DNA from: Candidatus Poribacteria bacterium
GTDB taxonomy: Bacteria > Poribacteria > WGA-4E > WGA-3G
Direction: 5' to 3'
DNA: 64,000 bases
Assembly: GCA_963663765.2 (NCBI GenBank)
Contig: CAXXUA010000004.1
Location: forward strand, 640,001 to 704,000
In this document: positions 21,080 through 30,266 of the stretch, one piece after another
Position numbering within the stretch: the stretch's first letter is position 1
Layout of the letters: every line of letters starts with the position of its first letter
Position numbers and translations under genes: made by a program
The notes under the pieces: generated by a model
The model's database searches: none
The model's input: only the letters and a program-made list of their open reading frames with translations
What the model was told of the DNA's origin: nothing

Positions 21080-22429
21080 ATGAAGCTTAAAACAGGAACA
21101 TTTCTTCTGCTAATTGCACTTGTTATCTGCAGCTTTGTAGTATCAAGTGATGCTCGGATTTTTGATAGAATTATCGCTTATGTGAACGATGAAGTCATCA
21201 CGAAACGCAAACTTGATTTGTTAGTAAAACAGCAAGCATTTGAACTTCAGCAGATTTATCGTTACAGTGAAAGTGAGGCACTTAATGAAGCAGAAAAGCA
21301 GCGTGGTGAACTTCTTGATAGACTCATTCGACAAATGTTACTCTTAGAAGCAGCATTGACTTTAAAGGTTCAGGTAACTGATGTTGATATTGAAGAACAG
21401 ATACAAAAGTCAAAATCGCAATATCAAATTTCGTCAGATGAAGAGTTTAAGAAATTGTTGAATCGTGATGGACTAACAATGATTGCTTTTCGTGAACTGA
21501 TAGAACGAAATCTGAAGACCGAAAAACTCGTGATGGGTCGAATCTTACCTCGATTACAAGTACGCGACAGTGATGTGCAGAAGTTTTTTGAAGAAAATAG
21601 AGACCAACTTCCAACTAAAGCTGATAGAGTTCATTTGCGTCAAATATTCATCGCTTACAAACCGAGTGATGCAGACAAGAAGGCTGCAAACGAGACAGTA
21701 AATCAAGCTATTGAAGAGATTCGCAGTGACATAACAAAATTTGAGGAGATCGCACAACGTATTTCCTCAGAACAAAATACTGGTTCACGAGTTGGTATGC
21801 TGATAGAGACTACACCAGCAGAAATACTTACATTACCAGATGCATTTCTTACCGTTCTTGCCAAACTCAAAGCGGGTGAAATCAGTGATTTGATTGAAAC
21901 AGTTGATGGGTTTCATGTGTTTTTGGTAGAAACTCGTACTGATGAAAAAGTTACCTTTAGACATCTAACTGTTCCGTTCAAATTTAGCGATCAAGCAAAG
22001 CAAATCGCTATTGATAAAGCAGCAGAGATTTACAAGAAACTGGATGATGGTATACCGTTTATTGATCTTGCTAAAGAAGTTTCCGATGATGAAAAAACTC
22101 GTGGGAAAGGTGGCGACCTTGGCACCCATATCCTCACAGAGTTAAATCCAAAAACTCGTGATGCTGTCAATAGTGTTGAAGAAGGTAAGTATAGTAATCC
22201 AATTGATACTGATACTGGTATTTTCATCTTCAAGGTTGCTGAACGCTTAACTCCAGAATTAACACCACAAGAAAAACAGCAAATAATCGGTATCCTACGT
22301 CAACAACTATTTGAAAAAGAGTGGACTTCATACACCGACTCACTCATGGAAAATGCATATATTAAAATTAAGTCTGATGCAACACCTACAGTCGCAACAC
22401 CTAAGTCAGATAACATCAAAACACCGTAG
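21080..22429 (+). CDS. surA: SurA-like periplasmic chaperone with two parvulin domains
   Basis: 'DRIIAYVNDEVIT' SurA N-domain; 'HLRQIF', 'FIDLAKEVSDD...KGGDLG', 'SNPIDTDTGIFIFKV'. Confidence 0.85.
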   Translation: MKLKTGTFLLLIALVICSFVVSSDARIFDRIIAYVNDEVITKRKLDLLVKQQAFELQQIYRYSESEALNEAEKQRGELLDRLIRQMLLLEAALTLKVQVTDVDIEEQIQKSKSQYQISSDEEFKKLLNRDGLTMIAFRELIERNLKTEKLVMGRILPRLQVRDSDVQKFFEENRDQLPTKADRVHLRQIFIAYKPSDADKKAANETVNQAIEEIRSDITKFEEIAQRISSEQNTGSRVGMLIETTPAEILTLPDAFLTVLAKLKAGEISDLIETVDGFHVFLVETRTDEKVTFRHLTVPFKFSDQAKQIAIDKAAEIYKKLDDGIPFIDLAKEVSDDEKTRGKGGDLGTHILTELNPKTRDAVNSVEEGKYSNPIDTDTGIFIFKVAERLTPELTPQEKQQIIGILRQQLFEKEWTSYTDSLMENAYIKIKSDATPTVATPKSDNIKTP

Positions 22430-22481
22430 TTGAGTAAGAATTCTGTGCAAAAAAAACGAAGATAACCCTCCAATCTATAAC

Positions 22482-25400
22482 ATGACCCCCGCTGCAGCAA
22501 GTTTATTTACAAATTTAATTCCTATAGCCATTCACATGAAGAATTTACGAGGTGTCTGTAGGTATGCATGTTTACAACAACTTGCTGTAGTACTTACTTG
22601 CATATTTCTCGCTCTTATCCCGCTTCATGCACAAGAATCGGAACCAAACGAACCGATCCCTGCACCAGACACATCAGAAAATTCAAACGCAACTTCTGAT
22701 CAGAAAAAGACCGAACCACCAACAACAAAAAAATCGTCATTAAATCCTGAAACTATGACCCCAGAAACTGATACAGTAATCGGTGATGGTGACGAAGTGA
22801 TTTTACAGGATAATTTTGTACAGATACATGGGGATGCACTCATAAAGTATGATAATATTACTTTACGAGCAGACCACGTATGGGCAGATTTCAATGAAAA
22901 CCTGATGCGTGCATCTGGAAATGTCTACCTTAAAGTAGGGGAGGAGGAGACATATTCGGATGAGCTCGTGTTCAATCTTGAAACAAAGAAGGGAATTGCA
23001 CGAAATGGATTCACTTTCAGTGATCCATGGTACTTTGGTGGAAGTGAAGTCTTTAAAATAGAGGATAATAGATCTTATATTCGCAGTGGTACCCTTACAA
23101 CATGCTCCCTTAAGTATCCGCATTACCATTTCAGCGTGTCCCGAGTGATCGTCAAAATGAACCAAGAGATGATTGCAAAGAATATCGTTATGAAGATAGG
23201 CGGTGTCCCAATATTCTACTTCCCTGTGATTCGTCGTGATCTGCGTAAAGATAAAATAGCAAAGATAATTGTGCGGGTTGGAACGGATAGTTACCAAGGT
23301 CCAAATATTAGTATCATCCTTCCTGTTGCACGAGAGAAACGGTATGATGGTGCGTTATTATATGATAGGAGTGCACGTAGGGGACAAGGCTTCGGCACTG
23401 AAGGCAAATATAGGTTTAGTGATACACAATTTCAAGAAATTCATATTCCTATCCCACCAGATGCTACTCCTGCTCAGCGTACTAAATTGGAAGAGAAAGC
23501 AAAAGAGATATATGACAGGTTAGAAGGAAAATATGACCGGTTTTGGTTAAAACAAATATATCTGGAATATAAAATTTCCGATGATGATGCTGATAGAGCA
23601 AAGTCAGAAGCAGAAGAATTACTAAACCGGTTGAATGAAGAAGGTGCTGATTTTTCCCGAATTGCCCAGACTGATTCTGACCATGCTGAAACGCGTTACG
23701 ATGGTGGTGATATGGGTTTCCTTGCAAAGGGTGAGACTGATGAGGAGGGTAACCCAAAACTCCATCCAATCATAGAAGCAGCTGCGTTTGAACTTAAGGA
23801 AGGTGAATTGAGTGAGATACTAAAAACTGAAACTGCTTTCCACATTCTAAAGGCAGACCGTGTTATTGACATTTATGGTGAACGTGAGGTAAGACTTCTT
23901 CGTATTGATGTAGCGATTACCGCAAGTAATGAAACTCAACAAAACATTCGTGGAATTGCTAATACTATACATGTACGAGCTCTTGCTGGTGAAACTTTTG
24001 AAGAACTTGCTAATGAATTTCCTGAAGCTTCCTTATCTGAAATAAATGAAGGTAAAGGTTTACCCCTTAATGAGATGGAATCCGGTTGGCAGTTTTCTGT
24101 TAGAAGGATGACTCTACCTGGAGACATAACAGAACGACGTCCTGTTTTTTCTTCTAAGGGTGTTTATATCTTCCAGTTAATTAAAAAAGAGGAAACACCT
24201 ACCTTTGAAGAACTTGCTGAACAGTTTGAAGCGGAATGGGAAACATTTGAAGCAGAAGTGTTATCATCAACCAGTGATGAAAAAGAAAAAGATTCTTCTG
24301 ATGAAACCAAAGACGATTCTGGCGCAGATAATGCCACTAAGTCAGAAGAGAATAGTAGTAATGAGAGTGAATCGTTGACGAAACCAGCACCAACAGAGGA
24401 TATTCCTACAAAAGAGGAAAATGTTGAAGAGGGTGAGGAAGATATAGTAACGGATAAAGAAAATGTTGAGGTGGTTGGAGAAAACACAGAAGAAGAGGAA
24501 AAAATAAAAGTCTATAGAAAACACGGTTTCCGAGGACAATGGGAAGACCCAAGACAAGTTGCTTCAGAAGCAAATAATTTATACGCTGGCGAACACAGTC
24601 GAGTTCTTAATACTGATGATTCGTTTAGACTGATCAAAGTTGATAGGAAACGGAGCTATAACGGAGATTTATACCTCTACGGTTCAGATGAATATTCATT
24701 TAGTAGACAGGATGCATCCCGAATTGGAAGACGTTGGAATATGCGATTGGGACACAGACAATCCTTCTATACTCCATGGGACAGTCGCCAAGCAGGGAGA
24801 CGTCCAATTAGTTTCGTTGGAAGGACTGCATGGCGTGCAATTCACTATAAAGATGATTTGGGGTTACAGAATGAATCCTCATTAAATTCTTTTGGAATTT
24901 TGACATACGGCTCCGCATTATCCACCGCAAGCCATGAAGACGTTGACAAAGATGGTAATCTTACGTACTCAAAAGAAACAATTGGTGATATTTCAAGCAG
25001 GCTTGAAGTTCGTCATGTTCAAGATTTATCTGGACAGCCAAACACTGCCCTACAAAAACTACCCCAATTCACTTTGAATTTTTCACGCATGCGATTTAAC
25101 AGACTTCCTGTCTTCGAAACAATCAACAACGGGATGGTTGCAGTAGCAGATAAAATTAAAATTGATAAACCGATTTTATCGCTTCTTGCATTTCCTACCC
25201 TTGAAGACACCAGTTTTGATATGGATATTGAATTCGGAAACTTCTATAGGCAGACGTATCGTGGTAAACATGGGGAGGAGAATAACATTTTTCTTCAAAC
25301 CCTTAACTTAGGTTTTGACCTTCGTAAACAGGCAAGCATCTTTGTCACACCCATGCGGGAGATTAAGTTAAATGCAAATCTGAACACAAATGGGATTTGG

Positions 25401-26333
25401 CACGCAAAGGATCAAGACAATAATCGTAACATCATGCGCGGGATATATAGCATTCGCGCGCAAGCGACTAATACACTGTTTCGCATATATAATACAAGCT
25501 TTATACCAGTTGTTCGGAAGTTACGTCATGAAATGCAATCATCGCTAACATTTAGTTATCAACCCGCCATCGATAAGAATAACAATCTTTATCCTTTTGG
25601 ACCTAGTACCTATTTCTTTGAAAGAAAAAGGTTGACATACAATTTCAATACAAATATAGAAGTTAAGACGAGACGAAGCCAAAACGCCCACCGTATCTTC
25701 CATTTTGACACACGACTTACAGCAGATTTCACAGAATTTGAAGCATTATATAGACGTAAATATGAACCAATTGAAAGTGATTTCACAATTGTACCATTAC
25801 CAAGCCGAACGCTAAATATCACTGTCCGCCTCACGCATGACCCTAATCCACATCCAGAAGATGGGAAACAGTTCAAGATGGTTGGCGTGCGGACGAACGT
25901 TAGATACACACGTAGTGATTGGAATGTCAGTTTCGGAAACTCTTTCAGCAAACGACATACTTCCATTCAAGCCTCACGTTCTATGACAGCTAATGGTCGA
26001 TACAGTGTTAGCAAGGACCTTCAATTTGACTTTAGTCTAATATATTATCCAATTGAAAGACAATTTTACTCACAACGAATCAGTATGAACCGAAATTTGC
26101 ATGATTGGAATTTGCGCATATCATGGAGTAGGGTTGGAATCAAACGCGACCCACCGTTTGATAATGTACGTCAAGATTTTACATTCCAAGTTAACTTGAT
26201 CGGTGAACCAGCTGTATCTATGGGTGTTGGTTTTGACGCAACTACAGAAACTTGGGGTCTTCATACTTTACCTGCGGGTGTGCCATATAATGCGTTTGGT
26301 AGTGGCAATTCACTTGGTCGTTCCTTCTTCTAA
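22482..26333 (+). CDS. lptD: LptD-like LPS assembly protein with an internal parvulin-domain insertion (true start probably 22537 or nearby)
   Basis: N-terminal jellyroll ('LRAD...ASGNVYL', 'TTCSLKYPHY', 'GGVPIFYFP'), beta-barrel strands, C-terminal 'RNLHDW'; internal 'FSRIAQTDSD...GGDMGF...LSEILKTETAFHILK'. Confidence 0.8.
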   Translation: MTPAAASLFTNLIPIAIHMKNLRGVCRYACLQQLAVVLTCIFLALIPLHAQESEPNEPIPAPDTSENSNATSDQKKTEPPTTKKSSLNPETMTPETDTVIGDGDEVILQDNFVQIHGDALIKYDNITLRADHVWADFNENLMRASGNVYLKVGEEETYSDELVFNLETKKGIARNGFTFSDPWYFGGSEVFKIEDNRSYIRSGTLTTCSLKYPHYHFSVSRVIVKMNQEMIAKNIVMKIGGVPIFYFPVIRRDLRKDKIAKIIVRVGTDSYQGPNISIILPVAREKRYDGALLYDRSARRGQGFGTEGKYRFSDTQFQEIHIPIPPDATPAQRTKLEEKAKEIYDRLEGKYDRFWLKQIYLEYKISDDDADRAKSEAEELLNRLNEEGADFSRIAQTDSDHAETRYDGGDMGFLAKGETDEEGNPKLHPIIEAAAFELKEGELSEILKTETAFHILKADRVIDIYGEREVRLLRIDVAITASNETQQNIRGIANTIHVRALAGETFEELANEFPEASLSEINEGKGLPLNEMESGWQFSVRRMTLPGDITERRPVFSSKGVYIFQLIKKEETPTFEELAEQFEAEWETFEAEVLSSTSDEKEKDSSDETKDDSGADNATKSEENSSNESESLTKPAPTEDIPTKEENVEEGEEDIVTDKENVEVVGENTEEEEKIKVYRKHGFRGQWEDPRQVASEANNLYAGEHSRVLNTDDSFRLIKVDRKRSYNGDLYLYGSDEYSFSRQDASRIGRRWNMRLGHRQSFYTPWDSRQAGRRPISFVGRTAWRAIHYKDDLGLQNESSLNSFGILTYGSALSTASHEDVDKDGNLTYSKETIGDISSRLEVRHVQDLSGQPNTALQKLPQFTLNFSRMRFNRLPVFETINNGMVAVADKIKIDKPILSLLAFPTLEDTSFDMDIEFGNFYRQTYRGKHGEENNIFLQTLNLGFDLRKQASIFVTPMREIKLNANLNTNGIWHAKDQDNNRNIMRGIYSIRAQATNTLFRIYNTSFIPVVRKLRHEMQSSLTFSYQPAIDKNNNLYPFGPSTYFFERKRLTYNFNTNIEVKTRRSQNAHRIFHFDTRLTADFTEFEALYRRKYEPIESDFTIVPLPSRTLNITVRLTHDPNPHPEDGKQFKMVGVRTNVRYTRSDWNVSFGNSFSKRHTSIQASRSMTANGRYSVSKDLQFDFSLIYYPIERQFYSQRISMNRNLHDWNLRISWSRVGIKRDPPFDNVRQDFTFQVNLIGEPAVSMGVGFDATTETWGLHTLPAGVPYNAFGSGNSLGRSFF

Positions 26334-26336
26334 TAG

Positions 26337-27134
26337 ATGTTTACAAAGGATTTATCCATCGTGCAACTAAAAGACCGTATCTGCATTGTAACGGGTGGTA
26401 GTTCAGGTATCGGACGCGGTATCGCGCTTGAATTTGCACATGAAGGTGCGAAAGTAGTAATTGCAGATTTACAAGAATCTCCACTTCAAGGAAAATATCA
26501 CGAAACTAATGTCACAACCCCAACCGTCACAGAAATTGAGAAACATGGCACACAATGTATATTTATACAAACTGATGTTTCTGATGAATCTCAAATTGAA
26601 TATATGATTCTGCATACTGTGAAACAGTTCGGAGGGATAGATATTCTCGTAAATAATGCAGGTGTTCATATTCCCGGCGTTTCCCAAGATATATCTATTG
26701 CAGATTGGGACGAAGTAATTGGTGTAAATCTTCGCGGTGTATTCATGTCAACGAAACTTGCTATTCCATACTTGAAAGAGTCACGATATGGACGGATCAT
26801 CCAAATCGGATCTATTCACGCGTTTGGAGGTGGTGCTGGCCCCGCTTATGCATCTGCCAAAGCAGCTGTTGTCAATTTAGTAAAAGACACAGCATTAGAA
26901 GTAGGTAAGTATGGAGTTACTGTCAACGCAATCTGTCCTGGATATATTGAAACTGCTATACAAGACTACCTCACAACAGATCAAATTGAATCATCCTTAC
27001 AAAAGACACCTCTGCAGCGTTTAGGTCATCCCAGAGACATTGGACGCGCAGCGGTTTTCTTTGCGTCAGATGATGCGGAGTGGATTACTGGTACTTCTCT
27101 TATTGTTGATGGTGGAAGTAGTGCTAAATCATAG
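26337..27134 (+). CDS. SDR family NAD(P)-dependent oxidoreductase
   Basis: TGGSSGIG, NNAG and YASAK motifs. Confidence 0.95.
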   Translation: MFTKDLSIVQLKDRICIVTGGSSGIGRGIALEFAHEGAKVVIADLQESPLQGKYHETNVTTPTVTEIEKHGTQCIFIQTDVSDESQIEYMILHTVKQFGGIDILVNNAGVHIPGVSQDISIADWDEVIGVNLRGVFMSTKLAIPYLKESRYGRIIQIGSIHAFGGGAGPAYASAKAAVVNLVKDTALEVGKYGVTVNAICPGYIETAIQDYLTTDQIESSLQKTPLQRLGHPRDIGRAAVFFASDDAEWITGTSLIVDGGSSAKS

Positions 27135-27222
27135 TTGGAACAACAATGTTCTTTCTTAAAGAAAAAATAACAAACTTGGGTTACACGACAGAAAATGTTG
27201 TAAACCTGTGTCAATATGCCAA

Positions 27223-27343
27223 CAGGGGTATTCAGTTTTCCTAATTTTTGGATATTTCAAAAAAGAAACCCCGCGGTAGGAGCGACCTCCCGGTCGCGAT
27301 TTTCTCAGGAAACAGCTAAAATGCCTAAAACTAAATAACCCTG
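27223..27343. mobile_element. MITE family D, 121-bp copy (9-bp TSD ATATGCCAA)
   Basis: CAGGGGTATTCAGTTTT...AAAACTAAATAACCCTG; ATATGCCAA at 27214-27222 and 27344-27352; carries REP GTAGGAGCGACCTCCCGGTCGCGA. Confidence 0.85.
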
Positions 27344-27345
27344 AT

Positions 27346-27903
27346 ATGCCAAGTAAAACTCATTCAACAGCAGTTGTAATAATTCCACCCGAAGAAGTGC
27401 AACCACCGATTCAATCCATCCGCCGCATACATGATCGTAACTTTGAGCGATGGATGCCACATATTACACTGCTTTACCCGTTTACATCGCAAAGTAATTT
27501 TGATAGTATAAAACCAATTCTTGCCGAAGTCACACAACAAATGACTCCTTTAGTTGTTAAGCTTGCATCCTTTGACGCATTTAGACATAGTAAGACTAGC
27601 ACGCTTTTTCTCATACCAGAACCTAAATACGAAATCGTTGCATTGCACGAAACACTCTTGCAGTCTCTTCCAGAATATGACGACACCTCAAGGTATCACG
27701 GTGGATTCAATCCTCACCTATCTGTAGGACAATTTCAACACAATCTGCTTAGTAATGCAAAGCAACGATTACAGGAAAACTGGAAACCTGTTGAGTTTTT
27801 ACTTGATTCTTTTTCACTTATTTATCGGTCAGAAAAAACAGAAGATCGGTTTGTTATAGCAGAAACCTTCCTATTTAGTAAAGGAGACAAAAATGAAAAT
27901 TAA
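27346..27903 (+). CDS. 2H phosphoesterase (2'-5' RNA ligase family)
   Basis: Two HxT/S motifs: 'PHITLLYPF' and 'PHLSVGQ'. Confidence 0.9.
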   Translation: MPSKTHSTAVVIIPPEEVQPPIQSIRRIHDRNFERWMPHITLLYPFTSQSNFDSIKPILAEVTQQMTPLVVKLASFDAFRHSKTSTLFLIPEPKYEIVALHETLLQSLPEYDDTSRYHGGFNPHLSVGQFQHNLLSNAKQRLQENWKPVEFLLDSFSLIYRSEKTEDRFVIAETFLFSKGDKNEN

Positions 27904-29059
27904 TATAAAAATCTTATATTTAACGTTTATATCAATCTTAGTCTTATCGATTGTTGGTTGCGAAAAGATTACACGAGTAGTTACACAGGAGAGTGATTCA
28001 ACAGTAAGAATCGGGATTATTCAACCGTCGGGACTTGCACCCAGCTTTGCCACAGGAGCAGAACTCACACGGTCTCAGATCAATAAAAATGGTGGTGTAC
28101 TTGGTATGCAAGTTGAATTCATCGTTATGGACAATCAAGGTATGCGCGATTTTCCTGACCCCGACGAAAGTGTTCGTATTGCCAAAACTCTTATTGAGGA
28201 TGAAGGTGTCGTTGCGATCCTTGGACCACTGCTCTCAACAAATTCTACAAAGGTCGGTCCTGTGGTTACAGCCCTAAAACGTCCCATCATTACTGGATCA
28301 TCTGGACAAAACGTTACTGCAACGGGAGAATATGTATTTATCGCGGTTGCACCATCATCAATTCAAGGTGCTACTACTGCGAAATTTGCCCTGGACCCCA
28401 ACGAACTAAACGCGGAAACTGCAGCAACTATAAGACAAGAAGGGGATGTATACTCTAATGCGGTAGCAGATGCTTTTGAAGAGAACTTTGAAAAACTTGG
28501 GGGAGAAGTCGTCGCTACAGAATTCTACCAACATGGTGATAGAGAGTATGATTCGCAGCTAACAAATATTAGAGACGCTGCACCAGATGTACTTTTAATT
28601 GCTGGTTTTATTCCTGAAGTGCCATTGTTAGCAGCACGAACAAGAGAAATGGGTATTGATGCTACTTTTATCGGTACAAACGGTTGGGATGAACCCGTCA
28701 AACTCTTCAATACATTGGACGACAACACACCATTAGAAGGTGCATTTTTCACAAGAGATTTTAGTGTTGAATCACCCGATGCTGCTGGTTTTGTACAGGC
28801 ATATACCGAATTACATAACGTTGCACCTGATGGTCCTGCCTCATGGGGTTATGATGCTATGTCTCTGTTGGGAATTGCTATAGAAACTGCGGGAAATCTT
28901 GATCCTACTTCAATACGAGACGCTTTAGCCAATGTTACTGATTACCAAGGTGCATCTACAATCTCACATTTTGATGAGAACCGACATCCTGTCAAGAACC
29001 TGCTGCTTCATACTATTCGCAACGAACATATAGTCCTATATAAATCCATTGATCCGTAA
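27893..29059 (+). CDS. Branched-chain amino-acid-type ABC substrate-binding lipoprotein
   Basis: Lipobox 'IVGC'; 'QINKNGGVLG', 'ILGPLLS', 'DYQGA' type I periplasmic binding protein pattern. Confidence 0.9.
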   Translation: MKINIKILYLTFISILVLSIVGCEKITRVVTQESDSTVRIGIIQPSGLAPSFATGAELTRSQINKNGGVLGMQVEFIVMDNQGMRDFPDPDESVRIAKTLIEDEGVVAILGPLLSTNSTKVGPVVTALKRPIITGSSGQNVTATGEYVFIAVAPSSIQGATTAKFALDPNELNAETAATIRQEGDVYSNAVADAFEENFEKLGGEVVATEFYQHGDREYDSQLTNIRDAAPDVLLIAGFIPEVPLLAARTREMGIDATFIGTNGWDEPVKLFNTLDDNTPLEGAFFTRDFSVESPDAAGFVQAYTELHNVAPDGPASWGYDAMSLLGIAIETAGNLDPTSIRDALANVTDYQGASTISHFDENRHPVKNLLLHTIRNEHIVLYKSIDP

Positions 29060-29062
29060 AAA

Positions 29063-29527
29063 TTATTTGTCTATTTCATCGGGCGGTCTGTCAATTACCC
29101 AATTACTAATGTAGTCAACATCACGTACAACCTCTCCCGTAGATTTCAATCTATACTCTGCCCCCGGTGTAGCAGGTTCAAGAGATTCAAGGTCGGGTGG
29201 TAAGGATAACTCTCCTTTGCCATCAGCCCTATTGATAAAGATACCGTTCTTAGTGATTCGTGTGATTTTTCCATGCAGTTGAATACGTTTGATAACTACT
29301 CCATCAGTATTGCGATACGCGAGTCCTGCCAGCAGATGCTTACCAATATATGCTTTTGCTTCTTCCATTTCCACTTGATCCTCTGTTTGTGAAGCGTCTT
29401 GCGATTCTACAATTTCAGTACGATCTTTATTGATATTATCATTTGATTTTGGTTTAACTCTTGAAGTACATCCTAAGAATAGGACAACTACCAGTGTTAA
29501 TGTGATGAAAATATTAATCTGTTTCAT
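29063..29527 (-). CDS. Hypothetical lipoprotein
   Basis: GAGG RBS; lipobox 'FLGC'; conserved-looking C-terminus 'LPPDL...A.PG.EYRLKSTGEVV'. Confidence 0.8.
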   Translation of the reverse strand: MKQINIFITLTLVVVLFLGCTSRVKPKSNDNINKDRTEIVESQDASQTEDQVEMEEAKAYIGKHLLAGLAYRNTDGVVIKRIQLHGKITRITKNGIFINRADGKGELSLPPDLESLEPATPGAEYRLKSTGEVVRDVDYISNWVIDRPPDEIDK

Positions 29528-29879
29528 TATATTTCCTCATGCGTTTTAATCTGTTGAAAGTTTAGCAGAATTGTATCACATGTTCAAGATAAAAACTAAC
29601 GCAGTTCGTACAAAGAATGGTGTTATCAATATTTATTGTCTGATCCAAGATTTTCAATTAACAGGATTTAAATCAACAAGGATTTTTAATGTGCGTTTAT
29701 GTGTTCTTTTTGAATAAGATTTGATGGGAAAATCCTGCTAATCTGTAAATCCTGAAAATCGTGGTTCAGACAAAGAATGAGTTAACTCTCAAAATTAGCA
29801 AACTAAGGGACTAACGCTTGTGATAGAATTTACTCAAAAAATCAAAAACTGAATAATCCTAACCGATACAACACAATGA

Positions 29880-29908
29880 TTGACATATTCAACGTGAGAG
29901 AGTATAAT
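29880..29908 (+). promoter_or_regulatory. Consensus sigma70 promoter
   Basis: TTGACA-17 bp-TATAAT, exact match. Confidence 0.7.
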
Positions 29909-29973
29909 GTCCCATTAGTTGAAAGATAATAATCTAAATATGAAAATTGAAAGATATTAAGTTTTCCCGAACC

Positions 29974-30221
29974 ATGAAATATCTGATATTCTTTTTCTAT
30001 TTGTAAGCGTATTTATCGGTTGTGTTTCTACACAGCACATTGAAATCCGAAAAGAAAACATAACACCCCAAGCAGAGAATCTTGAGAAAGTAGTTGTTGA
30101 AAATCATAAGAATTTACGATATGTCTCTCTAAAATCTAATCCGATTGTTGACATGTCTCCATTACAGAAACTACGTAAACATAATTCAAAGTTGAAGGTT
30201 TTAACCGAAGAATCAGAATAG
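29974..30221 (+). pseudogene. Small lipoprotein with LRR-like remnant, frameshifted in a T-run
   Basis: Adding one T near 29992 gives MKYLIFFFLFVSVFIGC...NLRYVSLKSNPIVDMSPL...EESE*. Confidence 0.5.
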
Positions 30222-30266
30222 TGTTTGTCCAACGATTTTCATTTTATAAATAGCAAAGGAATTTTT

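Noticed and set aside
29638-29861. Degenerate CAGGATT/AATCCTG short repeats and a lone family-D-like right end
   Set aside because: No matching left end or TSD found; too decayed to delimit.
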